64,000 nucleotides of DNA from Glycera tridactyla. Its lineage: Eukaryota. Shown piece after piece: positions 37,430-49,290 of the stretch. The position numbers and the translations under genes were made by a program. The first letter of the stretch is position 1, and the number at the start of each line of letters is the position of its first letter. Below the pieces are notes generated by a model. It searched no databases. It was given only the letters and a program-made list of their open reading frames with translations, and was not told the origin of the DNA. The DNA lies in assembly GCA_965644265.1 (NCBI GenBank), contig OZ286461.1, positions 86,738,001 through 86,802,000 on the forward strand, written 5' to 3'.

Positions 37430-37605
37430 CAGATTTCATGTGCCATTTCGGATTTGTGTGAACCTCAAACAATGTGATCATATCAAAGTATGGAAAATTC
37501 CATGTGCCTTCTGGGCACAAGATATATGGTTCAATCTGCGCTTTCACAACTTTATGTGCCATTTGGCATGGGGCACATTGTAAAATTTTCCCTCTCATCA
37601 TTCTG
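37430..37605. repeat. Dispersed repeat shared with ~60265-60410
   Basis: catgtgccatttcggatttg ... aaaattc.atgtgccttctgg.ca.aagatatatgg ... ctttatgtgccattt is present at both loci. Confidence 0.8.
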
Positions 37606-37662
37606 TTTACCTTCCACTTCTACATCTCAAAATATAGTATGAGTTTCATACATTGGTAAGTA

Positions 37663-37840
37663 CAGTAAAACCTGTCTTGGGAGACCACCCCAAACGCCAA
37701 CGAAAAGTGGTCTCTCAAGACAGGTGGTCTCTCATTGGAGGTATATTTGACTATGTCAAATAGAGAAAAGCCGATAAAGAGTGATCTCCCATTAGAGGGT
37801 GGTCTCCCAAAAGAGGGGTCTCCCAAGACAGGTTTCACTG
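37663..37840 (+). mobile_element. Tc1/mariner-type MITE, subfamily A, full length (178 bp)
   Basis: ta|CAGTAAAACCTGTCTTGGGAGACC ... GGTCTCCCAAGACAGGTTTCACTG|ta: ~24-bp TIRs and TA TSD. Confidence 0.92.
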
Positions 37841-40407
37841 TATTATACATGAAATGTGTCACACACTCAAACACACGCACAAACCCACATATTAAGACAC
37901 ATGTGCACACACACTTGTTTCCATTGAGGGGAGCAGGTTGCTTGTTTTTGTTCACGGAATGAGCCATGCAGAGCAAACATGGCTGTACTTTATACATAAT
38001 CCAGATAAGCACAATTGTTTATTTGATATTGCTATTTGCATACTGCTTTGTATTTCTAAAACATAATGTTTAATCTTTAGATAACTTTGGACAAGTGTGG
38101 TTGAAGGATGAAGTTTATATCAATCTTAACTCTTTTCCTGCCAGAGGATCATGGTTATGCTTTTTTGGTTACATCCCTCTCTGAGAATTGTTCATTTCCG
38201 ATGCATCACCAAAGCATTAGCTGTGTTGTGACTGGAATACTTGAAATGTATCTGGATTGTGCTTGTTCATTGCTTGGATTTCATTGGCCTTGATTCAATA
38301 CTAAACCAACTGTCTTTGTTATCATCAGAGAATCAGATTTTAAATAGATCAATGGATCAAAAACCATTACAGAGCAATATGGATACATGAAGGAACAGGC
38401 GAGTAGTAATACAGAAATGACTATCCTGGTGACTTGAATGCCCATTACCTGGGAAAACATGTGGTCAGGCCCATGAAAAAAAAATTCCATGTTGTGGCAC
38501 ATTCCTTTGACTTTAGTTTGGCAAGTCAGAGCCTCAAGGATGTTCTCCCATTTTCTTGTAAAGTAAAGTATTTCATTGATTCGTCTTCACCACCAGAGAA
38601 AAATATTCTTTGCTTTTTATAAAGAATCTGCTGGAATGTTCTCAAAATTTCCCTGAATTATTGGCTGATACTATTCAGATTTAGGAATCTGCCAATTAGC
38701 TAAGTAGGTCCACTCTCCTATCATTAAATACCAGAAGGGGTCACATGTATAAAGGTCCTGGTGGTCAATGGAAGACAAGAGTACATGGCTAGAAGATGTC
38801 CATGTCTGAAAATATGTATCTCAAGATACACCAATCCCAATGTAGATGTTTCTTTCTCAGAAATTTTTGGTTTCTTGGTCAAAAATATCTCATTTTGAGG
38901 GATCCCATATGGTGACATTTAGGTTGGTCATTCTCGTGGGTTTCCCTACACAAGCAATCAGTTCTGTAGATTGAGTGAGCCAACTGCCACAAAAAAAAGG
39001 AGCTGAATGGCCAGGATCACACTTCATTTCTCATTCAGATACATCCAGTGATCCCAGATGACCATTTGGTCATATTTTCATTCAAGCCATGTGAGATGTT
39101 TCTACTTTTGTCACAAGGAGAGTTGGTTGGAATGAAAGTACATGTCATAATTCACGATAAGAATATAGAAAAAAAAATTGTAGAAACAATCTGTGATCCA
39201 ATGCAGATATAATTACTGTAATGCATATTGTTGTTGTCTTGATAAGCTCATCTACATAGCTGTAACATGTATCCATAGGTATATTAGAAGATATTTATTG
39301 TATTTAATCAACTCCCATTACGTCGACACATACTTTGTGCAGTCGAGCAAAGATATATCTGTGACCGTCAAGCTCATATATTGAGAGACAAACCAGTTTT
39401 ATTGCTCCATATGTGAGATTTCACTCAGTATAGGATATGCTTTAGGCAACTTGAATGATGATGAAGTTTCACGGTACTCACAGTTGATTTAGGAAGTCGA
39501 AAGCTTTCAGAATTCATATGAATTCTCTCATCAACAAGTGAGTTTGACTTTATCCAGGGATGTGATTCTTATGCGGATCCACAAACAACAAGTGATACCA
39601 GCAAAGAGCATTTTCCGCTGATTATTTTGGCTTTTAGATCATGAAAATCGGACCAGTATCGGTGGAGATAGATCACAATGTGTGTATGTAGTTCTAGTAG
39701 CCTTCAGTAAGCAGATATTTGGGTTTGTTGATCAACAAAATCTTGGTAGAAGTGCTCCTGGTCAGGTTTTCAGTGTTTTTGGTTGTGAGCCAAACACATC
39801 CCTGCAATATCTTACTCCAAATCGAACCTTGACACATTCATAGAGCTGATTTTATTTTCATCAAGAATTCATGATACCCACAGAAATTCAAGCTGCCTCA
39901 ATAATATTGTTAAATGGACACATTTCTACCAACAGGTTCCTAATATATGATAAAGAGAGGTAGGAGAAGTATTATTTACCTGTCAGTTGTATTTAACTGT
40001 GAGATGATGAGTCAATACGGCATTCAGTCTGTCACTGGCAACACGTGTTTATATGACATACATATTTCAATGGGACTCATTGTTAGTATCCATGACAGCA
40101 AGCAGATGAAAATGTAAATGACATATTTATAGGCTGCAGGGAAGTGACCTCATTCGGCGGATTCATGCTAACCACTTTTTAACACGCCCCTGTAATTTGC
40201 ACCACTAGTGTCATCGATATTTTCATCTTTTCAACTGAATCGAAGCTGAAATGTGATGAATTAGTTCACACAAGCTGTGATTTTTGTCTTCAGTTTTGCG
40301 TCTTTGAGGGACGTTGGTCTTCTAAATGAGCAATCACCTTTCACAATTCCATCAAAGCTTTCAACTTTAATGCAATCGATTTGTATAGAGAAGGTGCTCA
40401 TTGTAGA

Positions 40408-40588
40408 CAGTAAAACCGGTCTTGGGAGACCGCCCCAAACACCAACAAAAAGTGGTCTCTCAAGACAGGTGGTCTCTCATTGGAGGTATATTTGACTATG
40501 TCAAAAAGAGAGAGAGAGCCAATAAAGAGTGGTCTACCATTAGAGGGTGGTCTCCCAAAAGAGGGGTCTCCCAAGACAGGTTTCACTG
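40408..40588 (+). mobile_element. Tc1/mariner-type MITE, subfamily A (181 bp)
   Basis: Near-identical to 37663-37840; right TA is present, left flank reads ga. A further diverged relative follows at ~40620-40878. Confidence 0.9.
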
Positions 40589-41063
40589 TATTGGTGGTTC
40601 ATAGTGTAAACTATCACAATGAAGCCTGTGAGGACAGACCCACTGACAAAAGAGTGCCTCTGATTGGAGACCACTTTTTCAGGGCAGCCTTTTTAGTTGA
40701 CATACGGGTAGTCAAATATATCTCCGACAAGAGACCACTTCTTTTGAGTGACCACGTTTTGATGACATTTAGGACAGTCTCTCATAGCAGGATTCACTGC
40801 TCCTCAGTTGAGAGCCCGCATCTTTTGAGGACCTTGTTCTGGTAACATTCAGGGTGGTCTCTTCACAGGTTTCACAGTAGCATCATCATGTGAGTGAGTA
40901 TCCCTTGTAGAAAGTTGGACTTGTAGAGGTTATTTATAGTGTGGACTACTCCCTCCGTAGAATGGAGAGGTCTTTGTATCCAGAGTGGAGGCAGTCATCA
41001 GTGAAACTTATCTCATTTCCATTAGCCTTTCCCCTCACATTTTGATTTGAAGAAATCCAAATA

Positions 41064-41193
41064 CAGTAAAATCTGTCTTGGGAGACCGCCCCAAATGCCA
41101 ACGAAAAGTGGTCTCTCAAGACAGGTGGTCTCTCATTGGAGGTATATTTGACTATTATAAAGAGCGGTCTCCCATTAGAGGGTGGTTTCACTG
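41064..41193 (+). mobile_element. Tc1/mariner-type MITE, subfamily A, internally deleted (130 bp)
   Basis: ta|cagtaaaatctgtcttgggagacc ... ggtggtttcactg|ta. Confidence 0.88.
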
Positions 41194-41589
41194 TATATGG
41201 TGTGAATTCCTCAGTAGGCCTGGTCAGGCGAGAGCCTTTCTCATTCCCCTGGAGAATATATGTACCATAAGCAGAGTTGACTGCACGATCCTGGGTAGCT
41301 ACAATCACCATCAATGCCTTTAGTGTTCTACACTTTCCCACCTGGGTTGAGTGGAGTGGTTGAGTACAGAGGATTCATCTTCACACAGAAATGCCTCCTG
41401 TGCGAGAGACACTATGTAATGGTGCAGGTCTGGTATTGAATGGTGACAGTCGTACTCATAATGTCAGCTTCCACCAGGCTCTGGGATGGATTCGCCTGTT
41501 TGTTCCAGTCTGTTGCTCTGACTTATCCACAAATTAATGGTGAACTTGTCCGTTGATGTCACCCATACGAGCAGAAACTTTGCTCATTA

Positions 41590-41765
41590 TTGTTCATGAA
41601 TCTTTCAGAAACAGCTCTCCATACACCATTGAAAAGTACAAATTACATTTTTCAGAAGTCATCCGATTTCTTGAGGATTTGAACCTGGGATCTCCAGCAT
41701 GGCACCAACCACCTAGCCAGTGGAGGGGCAAGTTGGCTTGCACGCTGAGCTATGGTGGACCACTC
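41590..41765 (-). mobile_element. tRNA-derived SINE, family 2 (best-preserved copy)
   Basis: Minus strand: ggtccaccaTAGCTCAGCGTG (A box) ... GGTTCAAATCC (B box), then the conserved body shared with 27527 and 29815. Confidence 0.75.
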
Positions 41766-42256
41766 CTAAAATTGGTACATTTGTATATAGTTTCATTTAG
41801 CTCTCATTTTGAGAATGATGAGTGGAATTGAAGGGCAGGAAGTGTACATGATGAGTTAATGTGTGGATACAGAGACAGATGTTTGTGGTTGCCATGTTTG
41901 CATAGTGTCGCTTGTAATGTAATGGAGTTAGTCTCAGATGGGATGGCACATTTGTCATCAAAATCTGGTTTCTCAGGCGGGATTTCACATTTGTCATCAA
42001 AATCCAGTTTCTATTACATTCTCTCATCCCAATCTCGATCCATTTTGTTCCTGAATTTCCATTCAAAGTGCAGCCTCATCTAGCTGAGAAACTTTGGCAA
42101 TGTTAATGTGAGCAAACCTTTACGGGTATGGAATTTTTGCCAGACTTTCAAATCCTGCCTGAAAGAAAAATTGAGAATCAAGTTACCTGAAGAGTCCAGT
42201 GGTGAGAGAAGTGTACTCTAAAGGTGCATGTGTGGGAGAAAAGGAGGAAGAGGAGA

Positions 42257-42297
42257 GAGGGAGGGAGGGAGGGAGGGAGGGAGGGAGGGAGGGAGGA
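42257..42297. repeat. (GAGG)n microsatellite
   Basis: Read directly. Confidence 0.92.
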
Positions 42298-42977
42298 AGA
42301 TTATGTGTATGTGCNNNNNNNNNNNNNNNNNNNNNNNNNNNNNNNNNNNNNNNNNNNNNNNNNNNNNNNNNNNNNNNNNNNNNNNNNNNNNNNNNNNNNN
42401 NNNNNNNNNNNNNNNNNNNNNNNNNNNNNNNNNNNNNNNNNNNNNNNNNNNNNNNNNNNNNNNACTTCTTGAGAGTGATCTTCGCTGAAAGGTTCTGTAT
42501 TATGCTGTGATTTTTATATGGCTTACAGATCCGATATTGTATCATCATCAGCAGCAACATTGTAATTATGAGTTCCATGATTATGCGTTGGGTGAACTCT
42601 TTCAGCAGGTCTCAGCATCTATGTCTATCCATCAACAGCTGTCAGCTTTCTCCAATAGCTGCAGCCAGATCTCCAGGATGATGGGCATGTCCTAATGCAT
42701 CAGATATCTCGAATCTTGGCATATGCTGAAATTTCCATCCTAATTCCAGATGTTCTTTTGAATGTTACAGTCAGAATAAGTCCTGATCAGGGCGTGGTGG
42801 TGTAGGATTAAATTTTCTATAAGTCAAAATGATGTAAAAATTTTCTTTTCCTGTGGGAAAAAATGAAACTCCATGGTGATTTTTAATGGTTTGGTATCCT
42901 TCATGAAATCCTGGGAAAGTCAAAATTTTCACATTTGAATCTGTAAAAATTACTGAAAATGATTCACTATCCTATGA

Positions 42978-43545
42978 AGCAGCCCTTACATAGGGGCCGC
43001 GCTTGCTTGCGCTAATTTTTTCACAAAAAACAGTGGTGGGGCGCGGAAAATTTGGCCATTTTGGCCATTTTTTTTTTGCTTTCCTACATTTTTTCACGCT
43101 AGGTTATGGTTTTCGCACGCTCCTCCTCGGTCTCTGGCGCGTGGCCGGTTTCTCTCATGCGCTCGCTGACACCTCGCCATGCTTGCTGACATTTTCTCTC
43201 GCTCCTTAGCGCCTCCCCTCGCCTAATGGCGGTTTTACTACGCTTCAAGGCACCCAGACGGGCATCATCAAATGTGGCTGTACGCCACTGGGTGCAGATG
43301 GGTGACACTTCAATACTCTCGCATGCGGCACCCCTACGCTCTTCTGCGCTCCTTCACTCTCCTCCGCGCCTTCTCAAGCCTTTCAGTGCTTGCCTACGTT
43401 TTCAGCAACTTCTTGCGCTCGACCACTGAAGTTTTGAACATTTCAAAACTTCTGCGGAGCTTCCAAAAGTCAGGCGCTCGATTGCGCTCATCGCCATTCG
43501 TCCGCGCTCCTTCACAATTCCCTTGGCCCCTATATAAGGGCTGCT
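42978..43545. mobile_element. PIF/Harbinger-like (Tourist-type) MITE, 568 bp, CpG-rich
   Basis: 21-bp TIRs AGCAGCCCTTA(C/T)ATAGGGGCC (20/21 match); flanking trinucleotides TGA (42975-42977) and TAA (43546-43548) fit a TWA TSD with one change. Confidence 0.8.
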
Positions 43546-44468
43546 TAACTATGATTAATATAATTTTTTTTATCACCTTGAAGGAGAAACACGATAATAA
43601 CAAACGAGATGAAGCTTGCTGGGAAAGCCTCCTTTACATCAGTATTTGGTTCATATTTTATCATCCGAGTATGTTCTGCTGATGAATTTGGCTTCATTCA
43701 AGTTGTATTATTGGATGTACATGAATTGCATGGAATTGTTCATCAGCAATTATTTTCATGTGATCTTGATGATGTAGTCATTAATCTGAGTCTGAAAAGT
43801 TGAGATTTGTGGTGAAATATGTCTGAAAAATATAGGGAACTCAAGTTGCCTTTAGGCATGGTATTCCTATGGCATATTTTCCATGGTGTCTCATTGTAAA
43901 TTCTGTGATATGATGATGTTGTTGTCTGCTGATTTGAGAAAAATGTATTGTATTATCACTGGCGTGCGAGGGATCAAAATTATTCATTTGTATTGATCAG
44001 TTATTGATGGAGCGAGTACATCAGCAACTTTTGAATTCAACATGGTGGACTGCACCTACGATCCTCTGGATCAAATCGTTGAGACTGCAATTTTTTAAAT
44101 GCTTCTTGGAAGCCCTAATTCTATTCATCACATTGAATATAGCACTAGTGAGCTTTGTGAAACCTCTTGATCATATCAAGCATGCGCTCATCTCACAAGT
44201 CACCATGTGCAGTCTAACCTGCCCTAAGCAGCCACTGAACTGAGCACCTGCTTGCTATAAGCAGCCACAAATTTCCTCTCAAATGTATTTTTCACTGTAA
44301 TTCATAGTATAGTCGAACCTGTCCTAAACGGCCTTTCAATGGAAATGAAAAAGTGGCCGTTTAGGACAGGTGGCCACTTAGAAGAGAGTCATCAGAAGAT
44401 ATATGCTGACAACCAAGTTTTTCACAAATCATCATCACTCACGAAATGTATTAAATGCAGAATAATGA

Positions 44469-44642
44469 CTCTCAGTGGTAGCGTACTGGGCCGGTGTGCA
44501 ATGGGTCCGGGGTTCAATCCCCGGTCCTGCCATGCAGGAACGTTTCACCCTTCATCTTAGATCCTCCTTGGCAGATGGTCTGATTTAGCCTACTCAAGTG
44601 CAGAAAGTGGACCTAAGACCTCAACATTTCCATTTCCATTTC
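44469..44642 (+). mobile_element. tRNA-derived SINE, family 1 (copy 2, slightly 5'-truncated)
   Basis: ctcagtggtagcg ... GGTTCAATCCC (B box) ... (CATTTC)3 tail; aligns with 7860-8027. Confidence 0.9.
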
Positions 44643-46045
44643 TCTACTTGCATGTTTGATGATCTTTTTTTTAGGAAATACTGACATTTTCACCATTGAC
44701 GTGATGAGAAGCAGGTATAACCATCTGAGAGTGTTCCGCCATCTTGAGCCCCATCAGATCACAAGGAGAACATTGAAATAAAAAAGCCAATTTGGATAAA
44801 TGATGATGTTTCACCATACATCCGGGATACCAGCCTCGTTACCAGACACAACAATAGTGCCCAAATAGCTATTAAAGATGTCAGCCTCTCGTTTTTCATC
44901 GCGAAATATGGGATTTTTCGGCTTCGACGTGTGTGTTTGGTAGCCGTTACCACTTGATCATGGATTGTACCCGTAAATCATTGAGGTATGGAGGCATGAA
45001 CGACCTAACCAAACCCTGGTTACTGGCTTCTCTACACACTCGAACAAATGATCGTGACTCAATATTGTATTGTGCAAGCTACCGTGACACTTGTCGTCAC
45101 GTAGTGTCTGTTCATTACAGGTAAAATGCTTCCACAGGGTGACTATTTGGTGCCCCTTGTCCACTTAGGACATGTTCCCACTTAGAACAGGTGTAATATA
45201 GTGAAAGTGTTGCAGAGGGTTGTTGACACTGCCTGCTTATGGCAGGTGACCGCTTAGTAGAGTTGTCCTTTATAGCAGGGGCGACTGTAATAACTGGACA
45301 AATCTGAGGGAAATCCTCTTAGAGAAAAGTCACTTGATCCAAATCCTGTCCTGCTTATAAAAGGTCAAATCATTTAAAATCATGATACAGTGTACTACCC
45401 CCTGAATCATGCAAGCAAGTGACTAATGATAGTATTCACCTCTTGAAAAATTATATTTTTTCTATCTGTACCATGTCAATTCTCTTCAGGATGAAATTTC
45501 TTACAGGGATTGTGTGAATTCATCTTGGCGACTCCTGTCAAATGGAGAATTCATTTTCGATGTTGTCCTCAAATGTGATTCTGTCCCACAATGAATACAA
45601 GAATCAGATATTCTGATCTTTCATTACAAATAGGCATGAAGTAGAAAGGTATTATCAGCCGACAAAAAGGGACGTGTGGTTCTCTGAAAGCTTCCGAACT
45701 GTCTTTCAATCTTACTGTGAAATTCATGAACTGTTTTTCACCAAGCATTACAAACCAGAACATCAAAACAGAAAGAAAGGGGCAAATAAGACAGATTTCT
45801 ACATTGTTATGTCATTATTCTAATAGGACCATGCATCATCTTCAACTGATTATTGTCTGTTGATTACTACTTCAAATATGCTTGTGGTCTTTTTCAAAAT
45901 AAATGTCCATGGTAAATAGTATATGAACCAGAATTGCCATAATTATGATTTTTGTCCGCAGACATGCATTAGAGAGTCTGAACAAATGTATCATGTGCAA
46001 GGATGGGAGCTTGTATCAAAGGAAAGACAAGCATCTTCTATAGCC

Positions 46046-46217
46046 CAGTGTTGGCTCTGAGGTATGGCTGTATTCAAAATGTGAGACAATTTACACAAAT
46101 ATGAAACAAAAGTTACATTGGGACTGAATCGAGTGAGACACTTGTCTCACCACTTGTGAGACATTACACTCAAATATGAGACAAATGTCTCACAATCTCC
46201 CCTCATATCCAATACTG
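46046..46217. mobile_element. Small hAT-type MITE (172 bp)
   Basis: TIR cagtgttgg / ccaatactg; many gagaca / tgtctc internal motifs; flanks tatagcc / tatagct suggest a 6-7-bp TSD. Confidence 0.6.
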
Positions 46218-46321
46218 TATAGCTGGTCGGTCATCAATCCATACTCACTGTCTTACCAAGTTTCAATATTTTCAGTGTATCACAACAAATACGAGAGTTG
46301 AATTAGTGCTTAAAGTTCTTG

Positions 46322-46324
<3 letters not shown>

Positions 46325-46375
<51 letters not shown>

Positions 46376-46770
46376 GGGGGGGGTAGGGGGCAGACAGATA
46401 GACAGACAAACATTGTATTAGCATTTGATGTGACCCTCTGGGGTCTCATGCCTATTGATGAATATAGATTTGCTTTGCCTTGCTTTACTTTACTTTACTC
46501 TACTTCACTTCACTTCACTTTACTTCATGTTNNNNNNNNNNNNNNNNNNNNNNNNNNNNNNNNNNNNNNNNNNNNNNNNNNNNNNNNNNNNNNNNNNNNN
46601 NNNNNNNNNNNNNNNNNNNNNNNNNNNNNNNNNNNNNNNNNNNNNNNNNNNNNNNNNNNNNNNACACACATGCATGCACGGACACACATACACACACATA
46701 CATGCATGCATACATGCATGCACACATGCATGCATGCACGCACGCACACACACACACACACACACACACA
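46325..46770. repeat. Microsatellite cluster: (TG)n 46325-46372, (CTTYA)n ~46475-46525, (CA)/(CATG)n 46664-46770 around a gap
   Basis: Read directly. Confidence 0.93.
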
Positions 46771-47799
46771 TAGAGCCTGAGAAGGGACTGACGGACAGAC
46801 AGATAGATGAACAGAAAAACACACATAGACAGATAGAGATTCTCCACGAAGCTGTCACTTATTCCCTCTGTCATCAATCATCATACATCGTTCATCATTT
46901 GTCAGTCATGATATAATCCATTGCCATTCTCAAATCAGAAAAAGAAGGCTGGTAAGATGGAAAGTTTGTCACCATCACTGATGCTGAGACTGCTACAGTA
47001 AATACTGTATTGACTTGGCTATTATAATCAATGAGGCAACCACAAAAAAAGGAATAGACTGATTCCTCGACTAATGCATTATGCTCACCTATTATCCAAT
47101 GTTAGACAACTACCGTCAACTCTCCTCTGAAACAACCACGAATCAGAATGCTATTTGTTTGCTCATGATCGAATTATGAATTCATATCACGGGCAAATTA
47201 CAACAATCAATCTAAATGTATTTGTGTTAATTCCTGCATGAAATCCCTGGGTTAGATGCCGATTCAGATGACTTTAATGCCATAATTGGAAGATGTCGCT
47301 GGATGCCTGCGGGACCTCGGGACCAACATTTAATGGCATGAAGAGGTTAGGAGAGACATCTACATATTAGCGTTATGGTCACCATGGTAATGCGGCAGTG
47401 GCCGGGCGAGTGCCGGCTTGGTTGATATGGTGATACAACAACCGTTGACATCTCGCTTCCATAGCGGTGATGGATGGAAATGGTCTGTATAGATGATTTC
47501 TGCTTTACTTGATGCTGGCTTCTCAGTGTGTCGGCCACTAGAAGTCTTCCGCATCCATTTTCAGCCAAGACGCATCTCCCATTTATCAATCATCCCAGCC
47601 ATGGAGACACATTATTTTATATAGTGATCCTCCATATCCCACGATATGCATGAGTCTGCAGACCACCCACATCCATGTACATACATGCTTACATGCATGT
47701 ATGTATGTATGTACCTGTGTGGATTTATGTTTGGCTGTGTACATGTCTGTACAATACACATGGCGGAATTGCATGTGAGTGGGAGGAAGGGAAAGAGTA

Positions 47800-48608
47800 C
47801 CGTAAATGACGTAATAATCACCCTGGGCGTTTATTAGGATTCATGCTCAGTGAAAAAGGGGGTGGGCGATTATTAGGGACATCTCCGTACCAGGTCAAGA
47901 CTGATGCTGCAAATGATGTTTTTCGCTGATCGATATCGCTCTCGGAACGCCTAGAATACAGCTGTGTATCAATAAATTGTACCAATCTTGCGATAAGTGA
48001 CTCTACTCATGTGAATGATGATCGTATTTGCGAAACTCCCAACATTTTCGCAATAAACGTGATGAAAACACGTGACAGGTATAACCATTCGAGAGTGCCG
48101 CCATTTTGAACCCAATTGGATCACATGATCAATCCGCATAAATTATGTTAATTGTGGTATTTCCGCACCTCGTGTCTATACAGACACAATAATGGTGCCC
48201 AGATGGCTGTTGAAGAAGCCGGCCTTTCATTTTTATCATGAAATACATGTTTATTCGGCATTGACATGTGTTTCTATTGGTGGGAACCTCCTCATCATGG
48301 ATATACACTATGAATGATTGGGGTTTGAACAGCGAACGACATAATTATAGCCCGGGTAAGGTGCGAATTGGCCTCTCCACCAGCTGTCAACACGGTTTTC
48401 ATTGTTCTATCACTGGACTCGTCGTTAAATGCAACTGATGAAACTGATCTCTCCATGTTTGAACATTTGTTTTTCTTTGATAATCTTCACTGGTATTCAC
48501 AATTAACAGACTGGGCGATTGAAAGGAACTTTCCTGTGACAGGAGATGAGCTCAAATTTGGGGGGGGGGCGTTTATTGAAGCATGGGCGATTATTACGTC
48601 ATTTACGG
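47800..48608. mobile_element. pogo/Tigger-like non-autonomous Tc1/mariner element (809 bp)
   Basis: ta|CCGTAAATGACGTAATAATC ... GATTATTACGTCATTTACGG|ta: perfect 20-bp TIR, TA TSD, subterminal gggcg(t/a)ttatt repeats. Confidence 0.92.
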
Positions 48609-49219
48609 TATGTGCATGCATATGTTNNNNNNNNNNNNNNNNNNNNNNNNNNNNNNNNNNNNNNNNNNNNNNNNNNNNNNNNNNNNNNNNNNNNNNNNNN
48701 NNNNNNNNNNNNNNNNNNNNNNNNNNNNNNNNNNNNNNNNNNNNNNNNNNNNNNNNNNNNNNNGATGTTTCAAAGTGTGAAATACAACTGTATTACACCT
48801 TTGTAGTAGGGGTGGTACGATCCACAGAAATTTCGATGATATCGATTGTTCCCAAATGAAAAGATTGTTCCGAAAGTAGGTGGAGTGTTTCGAAATACAA
48901 AGAAACATGGTTGATGAGTATGCAAAAATGTCAATAAATGAAGTAAATACATCCTGTTTAAAAAAAAACATGACAGAGAGCTTGAATGGCAGTGATTTCA
49001 TGAACATTTTATCATATGTGTTTATATTTGATTGTAGTTGGCCATAAGGTAAGGCCACCAAAATACAGATGGCTGGCTTGCTCATGTCACTTGCACAGGG
49101 GAAGGACCAAGCTGAATTCCTGAAGGAGGGTTCTCCCTCTGAGATACCATTCTTCAATCTTGTATCAACACCACCACCTTCTTGTTCTTGTTCTCTCACT
49201 TGTTCTCTCACTTGTTCTA

Positions 49220-49290
49220 CTTCTTCTTCTTCATCTTCTCCTTCTTCTTCTTCTTCTTCTTCTTCTTCTTCTTCTTCTTCTTCTTCTTCT
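49220..49290. repeat. (TTC)n microsatellite between two copies of a ~42-bp repeat (49139-49179, 49289-49332)
   Basis: Read directly; source of the poly-Glu/Ser/Leu ORFs. Confidence 0.93.
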
